Positions 21,894-36,180 of a DNA stretch of 64,000 bases are shown here, piece by piece. The position numbers were made by a program, and so were the translations under genes. Within the stretch, counting starts at the first letter, position 1. Every line of letters starts with the position of its first letter. The DNA lies in assembly GCA_963727445.1 (NCBI GenBank), contig CAVSGI010000008.1:1-64000 (forward strand), in the 5' to 3' direction. Source of the stretch: an uncultured delta proteobacterium (lineage in GTDB: Bacteria; Myxococcota_A; Polyangia; Polyangiales; B10-G4). The notes beneath the pieces are model-generated. The model searched no databases. It was not told the DNA's origin and saw only the letters and a program-made list of their open reading frames with translations.

Positions 21894-22355
21894 TTAGGGG
21901 AAAACATGAAGTTTCTTTAATACTTTTGAAATCCTGCCAATTACTAAAAAGCCTCCCACATACATAAAGAAGGTGTAGAAGAAATTCCAATCCTTATCGT
22001 AGGATAAGGTTTCGGTTAGAAGGGCGATTCCTTCCAAACCGGCCATCCCGCCTATGGATAAACTATAGACCAAGATCGGTTTTATGTTCTTATAGACATA
22101 GTAATAAGTGAACCAGGCTCCTGCGATCGTGAAAATACCTAAGTCCAGGAAAATGGAGTCTAACAGCACAACTTCTGGCATCGGGTGAACTTTCCATAAA
22201 CCTAGATGAATGCCGGCCTGGTTGAAAACGACGGCAATTAAAGCGGTAATAGGTGCGGTCGTATAAAAGATCTTGGGAGCTTTTCGATACAAATAAATTC
22301 CTGTAATCCAGGGAATAACAAAACCTGTAATAATAATAAGTGTCAATTTTACCAC
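21894..22355 (-). CDS. Hypothetical membrane protein (CBO0543-like)
   Basis: About 5 TM helices, PW near the N-terminus, E...L.Y..GW-like C-terminal pattern. Confidence 0.6.
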   Translation of the reverse strand: MVKLTLIIITGFVIPWITGIYLYRKAPKIFYTTAPITALIAVVFNQAGIHLGLWKVHPMPEVVLLDSIFLDLGIFTIAGAWFTYYYVYKNIKPILVYSLSIGGMAGLEGIALLTETLSYDKDWNFFYTFFMYVGGFLVIGRISKVLKKLHVFP

Positions 22356-22508
22356 CTCGTGGTAGTATTTGGAGCTGTGTGAGTTTTATGTATTTTTTAA
22401 GGTTTCCCTCTTCTGGCTGAATCGACTGTTGCTAAAGGGCAGCTGGAATAAGCTCTTCTTGTTCAGCCTCGCGTATCGCACAAATTGCTCCATACAAAAA
22501 AGAGCGCT

Positions 22509-23636
22509 TCAGTCACGAAGCGCTCTTTGTCTTTGACTCCCGGTATGGGATAATTTTTTCCGGACGTTTTCGTTTAACGCATCCATTTCTTCAATGAATT
22601 GTTCACTGGAAGCGATGATTCGCTCGGAGGACTGCTCGGTCGTTTTCAGGGCTTCGAATACATTGTCGAAAGACTCCTGAAGAGCTTCCATACTGATCGC
22701 CGGATTCTCCATCATCTGTGTCGTCTCTTCCGCATTCTCTTTCAGATTTCTGGAGTTGGAGAGAAGCATATTTTCAGTTGCTTTATTCACACCATTCACT
22801 GTATCAATTACTTTTCGCTGATTATTCAAAGCCAGCTGAATCGAAGCGGAGACGGTAATGATATTTTTTGTCAGCGTAACGGCATTACGAATTGATTCCT
22901 TCAGCTTTTCATTGTTTTTCTTAATAATATCCACTGAAGAAATGCTCTGGTGCAATACACTCTTCATCTGTGTCATGTTTCTTGTGCGGGTAATGATTTT
23001 CTCTTTTCCTTCGGTAAGCAGCGCCAGATCGTATTCACCCGTCGTTTCTTTTTCTTTCAGAAGCTCAAACAGCTTTTTCCCGAGATAGATTTGCTTGTCC
23101 AAGTCATAAATACGCTTTTGGGCGTTTTCTTTGATCAGCTGCAATTCGACGCTGTCTTCTTCCAGACGGTCTTTTCCTGAAAGGAGACTGCGCACTACCG
23201 TATCGATCTTCGAGTCGACTGATTCATACTTCTGCATGTAGCGGTCGATGGGCTGTTTTTTGCTTAGTTTATAGAAGAATCGCTGCATGCCGTTGCCTTC
23301 GGTGCGCTTCGGATCAAGGTCGGACACAATCGCCTCGAGTTCACTCAGTGATTGGGGAATGTCATTATTGCCTTTCGTCATCAGATCGTTTACCGGGCGC
23401 TTCAACGTTTCCATTGTTTCCCCGGCTACACGTTGTTCCTTTTCACCGAGATCTCCAAGCTCTCTCATGACGTCGGAAAGGGAGTCGTCTCTGGAAGAAT
23501 GGAACCTTTCCGCGTATGCTTCAGCCTCTTTGTTGAGGCGGTCGATATCTTCTTTGTCAACAAGCGTCATCGCTTCTCTCAGGTCCTGATGGTTCATTTC
23601 AGCTTCTTTATCTCTTTGGAAAGATTTTTCACTCAT
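22509..23636 (-). CDS. Toxic anion resistance protein (TelA/YaaN family)
   Basis: Coiled-coil; KYESV..ID, NNEKL..I, ALNNQRKV, TENMLL.N, PAISME.LQESF motifs; AGGTGG RBS. Confidence 0.8.
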   Translation of the reverse strand: MSEKSFQRDKEAEMNHQDLREAMTLVDKEDIDRLNKEAEAYAERFHSSRDDSLSDVMRELGDLGEKEQRVAGETMETLKRPVNDLMTKGNNDIPQSLSELEAIVSDLDPKRTEGNGMQRFFYKLSKKQPIDRYMQKYESVDSKIDTVVRSLLSGKDRLEEDSVELQLIKENAQKRIYDLDKQIYLGKKLFELLKEKETTGEYDLALLTEGKEKIITRTRNMTQMKSVLHQSISSVDIIKKNNEKLKESIRNAVTLTKNIITVSASIQLALNNQRKVIDTVNGVNKATENMLLSNSRNLKENAEETTQMMENPAISMEALQESFDNVFEALKTTEQSSERIIASSEQFIEEMDALNENVRKKLSHTGSQRQRALRD

Positions 23637-23690
23637 ATTCATACCACCTATCTGCCATTTGTTGGTTTCCGGAAATAACAAAGCGTCTCT

Positions 23691-24545
23691 TTACTTGCGC
23701 GAGAAGAAGCTTTCGTCTTCCTTGTTGTACTTGGAAGCAATGATGCCCTTGCTTCTGGCAAAATTCTGCGCATGACTTTCTTCTTCTTTTTGCTCGAGCG
23801 TTTCAATGAACTTACGCAAATCGTACATCGTATCAAGCAGTTCATCTTTGCGGCTTTCCTTATTCTCATCCGACAATCGCTGGAACGACTCGATGAAGTC
23901 CGGAACATCCTTGTCCATCATCGTTTCCAGGGAATATTGCTCTTCGATATCGAGTTCTTCCATTCGTTTAAATTGTTTAACAGTCCGTTTCTTGAGGGAT
24001 GCCCATTCCTTTTTAAGATCAGGGTGATTCTCGAGAAATGGGAATTCCCAGCCCTCGAGGATCGTTTCTCCGGGGTGTTCCGCAGTTGTTTCCTCCCCGG
24101 ATGTTTCCCTTTTCTCCACATAGGTTTCTAAATACGTATATAATACTTGTGAGAAGTCACGCAGCGTGTCTCCGAGTCCTTTTCTTCTTGTGAATTCTTC
24201 TTTAAAAAACGTAGGGAAAATAGTCCTTTCCTCTTCCACTTCAAACCGGCCAAGCAGCATGGTTGGCGGTTTGCCATACACTTCGATGGTTCCTCTGAAC
24301 ATATTGGATTTTTTGGGGACGATGACGGTGAAAAAGACGCCATTCCAAAACACATCCAAAATATATCTTTTGTCCATCTCTACCAGTTCTCTGACATCCA
24401 GATCGAAATAAACAGGGAATTTCCCTTTGCTGACCTGCTTCATTTCTCTCATGGTGTGAAAATCGATATAGCGCTGGTATTCCGAAAGATATGGCATGAA
24501 TGTTTTTTCTAAATTCTCAAGCGTAGAAGAGTAGAAGTTGTCCAT
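23691..24545 (-). CDS. Hypothetical protein upstream of telA (possibly XpaC-like C-terminus)
   Basis: Co-oriented with telA, AGGGG RBS; helical C-terminal half. Confidence 0.6.
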   Translation of the reverse strand: MDNFYSSTLENLEKTFMPYLSEYQRYIDFHTMREMKQVSKGKFPVYFDLDVRELVEMDKRYILDVFWNGVFFTVIVPKKSNMFRGTIEVYGKPPTMLLGRFEVEEERTIFPTFFKEEFTRRKGLGDTLRDFSQVLYTYLETYVEKRETSGEETTAEHPGETILEGWEFPFLENHPDLKKEWASLKKRTVKQFKRMEELDIEEQYSLETMMDKDVPDFIESFQRLSDENKESRKDELLDTMYDLRKFIETLEQKEEESHAQNFARSKGIIASKYNKEDESFFSRK

Positions 24546-25171
24546 GCTTCGTCAGCCCCTTTTGAGTCCTTCCATTTCCTCGACAAAATATTTCCATTAT
24601 ACATTAAGAATACCACAAAACGGGGGTTGATATTAAGAAATGGCTATGTACTCTCCACTAGAAAAGGAAGGAAAACCATTCTCCGGGCTTATCTTTGAAA
24701 AAAGGAGGCCCGCCCTCCTTTTGCTTATTCATGTATATAACGGAATATACAGAAGTGGTTGTCGTTTTGGAATGGAATTCAGTAATATAGTACACAGCTA
24801 AGTGGTGGATATGATTTACTTTCATGATTATCATTTACTACATTATGTATTAAAGGTGGGGCGGGGAAGAAATTTGGAGAAATGGTTGAAAAGAAAATTT
24901 TATACAGGCATTTTCACTCTATTTATAATGGCTTAGCATAGAAATGTATCAAGCATTCCTAGAAGGCAAAAGCGTTGAAGAGGTCATGGGAATTGCTAAG
25001 GTATTAGATACTTGAAAATAGTAAGAATTCTCCAGAATCAGTTTATTTTCACCTATATCGTTGTCCTGATATTACAAGCTTTTCAGTTCTTACAGATTGT
25101 TCTTTGCCCCATCGAACGTGAAAATTAGGTAGTTGTCAGTAATTTTTATGTTTTTAATTATAATTTAATGT

Positions 25172-25621
25172 TCAACGAATATATTTCAACCTATTTAAAA
25201 TTTTATAATAACCATAAACCATAGAATAGCCGATAATATAGGTCATAAAGGTCCATATAATAGACCACCCATTGTAATATCTAATAAAGCCTAAAGATAA
25301 TAACCCCCATTCAAATAAGGCTGTGCATAAAGCAAATATAAAAATCCAGCCAATAACAAAACCATGTTTTTTAATTAAATGAATTAATACCGTTGAAATT
25401 GCTGGGATTATTCCTAATACCATAGGGATGGAAGCAAAATTTGTTTCGAGGGAGTAGGGTGACACTGCAACAAAATCGAAGGCAATTGTAATTGTATTTA
25501 GAATATGTGTAACGATTGATGCGAACGGAGCTATAAGTAATATAATTTTAAAGTTAATTTTTAATATGAAAATAACGACAATCCAGGGCAGTAAAAATGA
25601 AGTGAAAAAATTAAATAGCAT
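25172..25621 (-). CDS. Hypothetical membrane protein (CBO0543-like), related to 21894-22355
   Basis: PW...AP..S, FEW.....G.IRYYNGWS pattern; AAGGAG RBS. Confidence 0.6.
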   Translation of the reverse strand: MLFNFFTSFLLPWIVVIFILKINFKIILLIAPFASIVTHILNTITIAFDFVAVSPYSLETNFASIPMVLGIIPAISTVLIHLIKKHGFVIGWIFIFALCTALFEWGLLSLGFIRYYNGWSIIWTFMTYIIGYSMVYGYYKILNRLKYIR

Positions 25622-26020
25622 TTTATCGATTCTCCTTATTAATAAAGCTTTAATATAGTATTTACGGGACTTGTCTAAATTAGACGAACGTTTTTTAGTG
25701 AAATTATAATGAAGAAACTGTGGCTTTGGAGAATTGGGGAAGAATTTTATTGTTTCTTTCCTAATTCATTTATTTTTTAAAATTCACTGCCTCGCTCTCT
25801 ATACATTTTTATTTGTTTTATTGGAAGAGATAAAAATGGAGACTATATGGAGCAATATAATAAAGGGCAATAAGCTTAATAACTAAAAAACCCGCGGAAA
25901 AAGGGATATTCTGCGGGTTTTTTAGTTTCTGAAACTATTTCATGAAGTTACGGTTACTCTGGAAGCAGTCGATTTTGATACCATACTCCTTGGTAATTAA
26001 ACAGACGTGATCCTTTTTAT

Positions 26021-27319
26021 TTAAAGATTCCACAAGGTAATGTCCTCTCCAAGCTCATCTTTGGTTAAGGCACCTTTAATATCCATAATGATTCCTTTTC
26101 CATCCTTTAATAAACTTTGAAAAGTACTTACAGGAAGGCTGGTGAAAAATTTATGAGGGACGGCTAAAATCAATACATCAGATTTTTCTAATTGGTGTAA
26201 ATCTTTTAACTCATCCTTAAAGTGGTTATGGTCGACATGAGGGTCACACACCTGGACATGTAAATCTAAATTCTTTAATTTCTCTACTATTTCAAGAGCT
26301 TTAGAATTTCTGGTATCAGGAAGGTTTTGTTTGAATGTGACTCCTAGAACGGTAATGGTGAAGTCTTTTAAATTCTTTTTTTGAATCGTAATTTGTTCCA
26401 ACATCGTTTTTACAATATATTCTGGCATGTAATCATTTATTTCCCTTGCTGATTCAATAAAATTCGGAGTATATCCGACTGATTTCGATTTATGAATTAA
26501 ATAGTAGGGATCGACTCCTATACAGTGTCCCCCCACGAGACCTGGATAATAGGGATTGAAATTCCATTTTGTGGAGGCTGCTTCAATGGCTTCATGCGTA
26601 TTGATTCCCAATTTATTGAATATTATTGAAATCTCATTCATAAATGCGATATTTATATCTCTTTGTGTATTTTCAATAATTTTAGAAGCTTCGGCAACTT
26701 TAATCGAGGCAGCTTTATACACTTCGGCAGTAATTACACGTTGGTATATCGAATGGATGGTGTCTAATGTTTCTTTATCTTGAGCAGCTACGATTTTATT
26801 AATTGTTTGAAATGTATGGTCCTTATCTCCAGGATTTATTCTTTCTGGAGAATATCCTACGTAAAAGTCAGATCCTGCTTCTAAACCTGATTCTCTCTCA
26901 AGAATCGGGAGACACACTTCCTCTGTTGCTCCTGGAAAAACGGTCGATTCATATACCACAATTGTCCCTGCGGCAAGGTTTTTCCCTAAAATTGTGGAGG
27001 CGTTCTTTAAGTAGGTCAAATCCGGCTCATGATTGACTGATATCGGTGTAGGAACTGCCACGATTATGAAGTTACAGATGCCCAGGTCTTTTTCGTTCGA
27101 TGTAAATTTAATACGTGCTTCTCTTAATTGTGTTTCAGTAATCTCGTGAGTATAGTCATAAAACTGGTTTAAAGAACTGATTCTAGCTTCGTTAATATCA
27201 TATCCTATGACCTTGTATTCTTTAGAAAATCCTATCGCCACAGGCAGACCGACATAGCCGAGTCCTACTACCCCTATAACTGGATTTGAATCCGCAGTAT
27301 TCATCATATTTTTAGTCAT
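26021..27319 (-). CDS. Nucleotide-sugar (UDP-GlcNAc/GalNAc) 6-dehydrogenase, WbpA/WbpO/TviB family
   Basis: GLGYVGLP, VAVPTP, ESTVFPG, SPERINPG, KIIENTQRD, catalytic GGHCIGVDP, FKQNLPDTRNS. Confidence 0.92.
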   Translation of the reverse strand: MTKNMMNTADSNPVIGVVGLGYVGLPVAIGFSKEYKVIGYDINEARISSLNQFYDYTHEITETQLREARIKFTSNEKDLGICNFIIVAVPTPISVNHEPDLTYLKNASTILGKNLAAGTIVVYESTVFPGATEEVCLPILERESGLEAGSDFYVGYSPERINPGDKDHTFQTINKIVAAQDKETLDTIHSIYQRVITAEVYKAASIKVAEASKIIENTQRDINIAFMNEISIIFNKLGINTHEAIEAASTKWNFNPYYPGLVGGHCIGVDPYYLIHKSKSVGYTPNFIESAREINDYMPEYIVKTMLEQITIQKKNLKDFTITVLGVTFKQNLPDTRNSKALEIVEKLKNLDLHVQVCDPHVDHNHFKDELKDLHQLEKSDVLILAVPHKFFTSLPVSTFQSLLKDGKGIIMDIKGALTKDELGEDITLWNL

Positions 27320-27520
27320 ATCAATTTTATCTTCCTTTTTATGCTCGTATGAAATATTTTAATTCCCTTCATAAATCCTGATGTACTTTTTTTATATGCC
27401 AACCAATCAAAGGGGTTACAGGATCCACCGTGGATGTTCTGTAAATAATTCGGAACAGTTGGGCGGATTTAAAATAAATTAATACAGTATGGATTGAATA
27501 TGGGTAAGGGAGTTTTTGCA

Positions 27521-28645
27521 ATGATTCCGTTAATTAGTCTAAAAAAGCAGTACGAAGTGATCGAAGCTGAGTTAATGGATGAAATGAGAAAAGTTCTGAG
27601 AAGCGGTCAATATATATTAGGGTCGAAAGTAAATCAGTTAGAGGAAACGATTGCAGAAAAATTAGGGGTGGGAAGTGCAGTTGCTGTTGCCAATGGTACA
27701 GATGCATTAATACTTACTCTTGACGCTTATGACATAGGGGAGGGAGATGAAGTCATCACCACTCCATTCACTTTTTTTTCTACAGCCGAAGCTATTTCCA
27801 GAGTAGGTGCAAAACCTGTATTCGCAGATGTCGATCCTCAGACATATACGATTTGTCCAAATAAAATCAAAGAAAAAATAACTTCATCTACGAAAGCCAT
27901 TATTCCTGTGCATCTGTTTGGACAGTGTGCCGAAATGGATGCAATCAATCGAATAGCTTGTGAGCATGACTTACTTGTAATTGAAGACGCTTGTCAGGCA
28001 TATGGTGCAACGTATAAAGGGAAACCAGCAGGTAGCTTAGGGGACGCAGGTTGTTTTTCATTTTTTCCGACAAAGAACCTCGGCACGTTAGGTGACGGGG
28101 GGATGGTTAGCACATCTGATGCCCAATTGGCCCAAAAGATTCGTTCCTTGAGGGTACATGGCAGCATTAAAAAATACCATCATCAACACATTGGGTATAA
28201 CAGTCGGTTGGATGAGCTGCATGCGGCCATATTGATGGTGGGATTGCGCCACATTGACCAATGGAATAAACAGAGAATCGCTTTAGGAGAACGCTACCAC
28301 TATAAGCTTCAAGGGATTAAACATATGAAACTGCCAAAGACTGCCGAGAACTGTATGCATGTCTATCATCTATATTGCATTGAATCTAAGAATCGAAAAC
28401 AAATCATTGAATGCTTGCATAAGAAAAACATCCAAACAGGGATTTACTATCCTTGCTGCCTTCATCTTCAGGATGCATATCATCACGTAGGGTACAAAGT
28501 GGGGGATTTTCCTATTGCTGAACAGCTTTCAGAAAGACTTTTTGCGATACCTTTATTTCCTTTTCTTAGTACCGAGAATCAGGATGAGGTCATTACTGCG
28601 TTACGTGAAAGTGAGGGTTTATTACAATGTGGAAGGCAGGAATAA
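27521..28645 (+). CDS. DegT/DnrJ PLP aminotransferase (WbpE-like)
   Basis: ANGTDAL, PVHLFGQ, EDACQA, SFFPTKNLG.LGDGG, GYNSRLDE. Confidence 0.92.
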   Translation: MIPLISLKKQYEVIEAELMDEMRKVLRSGQYILGSKVNQLEETIAEKLGVGSAVAVANGTDALILTLDAYDIGEGDEVITTPFTFFSTAEAISRVGAKPVFADVDPQTYTICPNKIKEKITSSTKAIIPVHLFGQCAEMDAINRIACEHDLLVIEDACQAYGATYKGKPAGSLGDAGCFSFFPTKNLGTLGDGGMVSTSDAQLAQKIRSLRVHGSIKKYHHQHIGYNSRLDELHAAILMVGLRHIDQWNKQRIALGERYHYKLQGIKHMKLPKTAENCMHVYHLYCIESKNRKQIIECLHKKNIQTGIYYPCCLHLQDAYHHVGYKVGDFPIAEQLSERLFAIPLFPFLSTENQDEVITALRESEGLLQCGRQE

Positions 28646-29715
28646 TCGGGTGCGGCTATATTTCTAAAAAACATTTAGCATCGATAATCAGGCTGGACAG
28701 TGTAGAATTACATGCCGTCAGCGACGTGCAAAAAAGCAGAATGGAAGAAACTGCCTCTTTTTATCAGGAAAATATTGTGGGCAGCGCTTCCCTCAAACAG
28801 TACGGAGATTATCAGGACCTAATCCATGACCCTGAAATAGATATAATTATAATCACCGTCATATCAAGCCTTCATGCCAAAATAGCCAAACAAGCTTTAC
28901 AAGAAAGTAAACATGTAATCGTTGAAAAACCATTGGCTCTTTCTATTCAGGATGCTGATGAAATAATAAAATTATCTCGTTTAAAGCAAAAGAAAGTGCT
29001 TGTATGTCATCAGCTAAGATATCGACCTATTTTCTTGAAATTAAAAAAACTATTGGAAAAAGGCACTCTTGGAAAACCATATATGGGGACGGTTTCTGCT
29101 AGAATCAATCGTTCCCAAGAGTATTATGAATCAGCTGCTTGGAGAGGAAGCTGGGAGCATGATGGCGGAATGCTCATCAACCAGGGCATTCATTTAGTTG
29201 ATTTACTCGTGTGGCTATTAGGAGATATAGATACAGTTTATGGAGAAGTTGCAAGAAACAATCAATTAAAGGAAATAGAGGATGTTGCCACAGGTATTAT
29301 CCATTTCAATAATAAGGCTAAGGGCATGATTGAGGTAAACACAATTACTAAGCCGGCCACACAGGGTTATTGCCTTTCTCTTTATTTTGAAAAAGGAACC
29401 ATCATTCTTGGCGGTGCTGGATTTGATAAGCTGGAGCATTGTTTTATAGAAGGTGAAGATCAAATTGTACGTGAATTAAAGGAAACGTCTAAACAAAAAG
29501 ATGAACATTTTTTAATGTACCAAAATTTCTTAGAATCTGTCTTGAATAATACCTTATTAGTCGTGGATGCTTCAGAAGGGAAAAGGGCATTGGAAGTTAT
29601 TTTTGGTTTGTACAGATCAAATAATAATAAGCTGCCTGTTAAACTGCCATTGTTGAATTTTTCTACGATAGAAATGAAAGCCATCTCTTGTCATAAGGAG
29701 AAAATAGATGAGTGA
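28627..29715 (+). CDS. Gfo/Idh/MocA oxidoreductase (WbpB-like 3-dehydrogenase)
   Basis: GIIGCGYI, HVIVEKP, WRGSWEHDGGMLINQGIH. Confidence 0.88.
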   Translation: MWKAGIIGCGYISKKHLASIIRLDSVELHAVSDVQKSRMEETASFYQENIVGSASLKQYGDYQDLIHDPEIDIIIITVISSLHAKIAKQALQESKHVIVEKPLALSIQDADEIIKLSRLKQKKVLVCHQLRYRPIFLKLKKLLEKGTLGKPYMGTVSARINRSQEYYESAAWRGSWEHDGGMLINQGIHLVDLLVWLLGDIDTVYGEVARNNQLKEIEDVATGIIHFNNKAKGMIEVNTITKPATQGYCLSLYFEKGTIILGGAGFDKLEHCFIEGEDQIVRELKETSKQKDEHFLMYQNFLESVLNNTLLVVDASEGKRALEVIFGLYRSNNNKLPVKLPLLNFSTIEMKAISCHKEKIDE

Positions 29716-30400
29716 TCCAAAAATAAAAGTCGGTAAAAACGTTTCGTTCGGTAAAAATGTTGTAGTGGAAGAGAATGTAAGCATTGGAGACGATGTAGTC
29801 ATCGGACACAATGTAGTTATTAAGAAAGATACTATCATCGGCAATAATGTATACATTAACGATTTGACATTACTAGGCAGGTCGCCAGGAAGTAATAAAA
29901 AGATGGCAAGAAAGCCTTCCTCCACTTTACCTCCTTTAGTTATAGAAGAGGATGTGACGATTGGGAGTAATTGTGTGATTTATAGAGGAGTTTCCATTAG
30001 CCAAGGGGTCTTTATCGGAGACCTGGCCAGCATAAGAGAACAAGTATCGATCGGTGACTGCAGCATTGTAGGCAGGAACGCGATTATCGAAAATAAAACC
30101 ACCATAGGTGGAAATGTCGTTATTCAAACCGGCTCTTATATTACAGCCGATATGATTATAGAAGATAACGTGTTCATCGGGCCATGTTTTTCCTCTTCCA
30201 ATGATAAGTATATGGGGATGGGAAACTTTCATCATCAAGGTCCAACCATTAAAAAAGGAGCAAAAATAGGCAATAACGCTACCCTACTGCCTGCCATTGT
30301 TATAGGGGAGAGTGCAATAGTTGGAGCAGGAGCAGTCGTTACTAAAGATGTACCTGCTAGAGAGGTAGTCGTAGGTAACCCATCTAGACGAATAAAATAA
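29708..30400 (+). CDS. Hexapeptide-repeat N-acetyltransferase (WbpD-like)
   Basis: Left-handed beta-helix repeats, VFIGP...ND, GAGAVVTKDVP..VVVGNP. Confidence 0.88.
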   Translation: MSDPKIKVGKNVSFGKNVVVEENVSIGDDVVIGHNVVIKKDTIIGNNVYINDLTLLGRSPGSNKKMARKPSSTLPPLVIEEDVTIGSNCVIYRGVSISQGVFIGDLASIREQVSIGDCSIVGRNAIIENKTTIGGNVVIQTGSYITADMIIEDNVFIGPCFSSSNDKYMGMGNFHHQGPTIKKGAKIGNNATLLPAIVIGESAIVGAGAVVTKDVPAREVVVGNPSRRIK

Positions 30401-30459
30401 AGGTAGTGCTAAAGTATTAAAACATGTAATTTTCACGTTTCGAAGCTTTTATATTTTTG

Positions 30460-31079
30460 GCTCTGTTAAAGTTGATTGTTGATTATTCATAAGAGGCTTA
30501 TTGCGCAATAGGGCCGTTTAGTTGAAGACTCGATTCCGAGATATTGGGTGGAGAAGTGGCTCCAGGGAACGGCTCGCTTTCCGCGGGCATGTGGTGAGCT
30601 TCCTCAGGCTTCGCCTTCCGGGATCTCACCGATCATGTTCATCCCGCAGGAGTCTTCATCGTCCCCCTCCGCACCTTGCCAGATCAGGAGAGCTCGAAAC
30701 CACTTTAACTCGTAAAGGAATCAGACCAGGTGGTAATGTACCTATATATTAAGGGTATAACGAGTCGCACAGGATAGCCTGTTATAAAAGCATTTAATGC
30801 AGATTAAGGGTCGAACTTTCATTCTTCTGGAAGGGTCCGTTCGCAACATGAAATAGCCGGGGTGGTGGGGAAATGGCGAGACTCCCATGGGAGAAGGGAC
30901 TAGGCGAGATCCCGCAGGGAGTGAAACGAGCTGAGGAGGCTCACCGTTCCCCCACAGGAAAGCGAGTTATTTCCCCACCTGCCCTCATCCATCTAACGTA
31001 ACGGACCCATTTATCTCGAAACTGAGTCTTCAAGTAATGGGAGCTTTACTTTTAAATCAACACGGAAGTTTAACAGAGC
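30460..31079. repeat. Palindromic MITE-like interspersed element (~620 bp)
   Basis: Terminal IRs GCTCTGTTAAA..TGTTGATT; nested IRs 30522-30542/31013-31033 and CTCGCTTTCC/GGAAAGCGAG; GC-richer than flanks; no credible ORF. Confidence 0.75.
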
Positions 31080-31336
31080 TATCTTTGTTAAGGAAGCTGG
31101 TTGAGCTGTATTTCCAGAGGCGGAAGATGGGGTTCTGCAAAATGCAAAGGTTTGTATGTGGAATAACATTTTTTAATGATCACTTTCTATAGTACTTACG
31201 GAACGCAAACCTGAATTTGTATAACTAAAAATATTCGGATTCTTTATATTTGGATTGTGGGTGCCAGTCGTTTAAAAAGTCCAATCACGTTTATTTTTTG
31301 TGCATAAATTGATGTATTAGGAATGGGGGTGATGAT

Positions 31337-31891
31337 TTGAAGGTAACTAAATACTCCGGTTGTTGTCCTATTTATCACTCGACATCAAAAAAATGTAATT
31401 GTCCTCCTGGACCAACAGGTCCGATAGGTCCAATGGGACCAGAGGGAGATGCAGGAGCGACGGGTCCAACTGGTCCAGCCGGAGGAGTGGGCTTCTTTGG
31501 TTTTGATCAAATACAAGAGGCTGCGGTTTTACCAGTTGATGTTGAAACTACGGTTCTTACAGTAGCTGTGACTTCTGATGCGGGCCAATCCGTTAAAATA
31601 GATTCGGTAGCAGAAGTTGATATTATAGTAGGTTTGTCAACTACTTTCCAGTACAATATAGAGTATTCTTTGTATAGGGATGGAGCACTTTTAGCAACTC
31701 TCACAGAAAATAACGAAGGAGATAAACCTGGTGGAATTGTACGCCTATTTAGTGATGTTCCAAGTTTAACTTGGGTTGATCTACCAGGAGCTGGTATGCA
31801 CACTTATGAGATTCGGTTAACTGTAACAGGAACTAACATATTAACAGCCACTGTAAATACAAGGTCGTTAAATATAGTTGCATTAGATTAG
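31337..31891 (+). CDS. Short collagen-like spore-surface (exosporium-type) protein
   Basis: Cys-rich N-terminus, about 8 GXX triplets, beta-rich C-terminal domain. Confidence 0.75.
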   Translation: MKVTKYSGCCPIYHSTSKKCNCPPGPTGPIGPMGPEGDAGATGPTGPAGGVGFFGFDQIQEAAVLPVDVETTVLTVAVTSDAGQSVKIDSVAEVDIIVGLSTTFQYNIEYSLYRDGALLATLTENNEGDKPGGIVRLFSDVPSLTWVDLPGAGMHTYEIRLTVTGTNILTATVNTRSLNIVALD

Positions 31892-32088
31892 GGAGAAAAG
31901 CAACACAGTCACAGGCTGGGTTGCTTTTTATAATTAATTTTAAAGTCCTAACCCATTCTCCACGAATGTATAAGCAATTATCATTGAGAATCATAAAATA
32001 CTATGGTACTCGTTAAAAAGTACCTAAGTAATGAGTTTAAGAATTTGTATTAAAAGGTTTAAAAAATCAAGAAAAAGGAGGTGAATCT

Positions 32089-36176
<4,088 letters not shown>

Positions 36177-36180
<4 letters not shown>

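Noticed and set aside
30522..30752. 76-aa ORF within the palindromic element
   Set aside because: No RBS or motif; lies wholly inside a non-coding repeat
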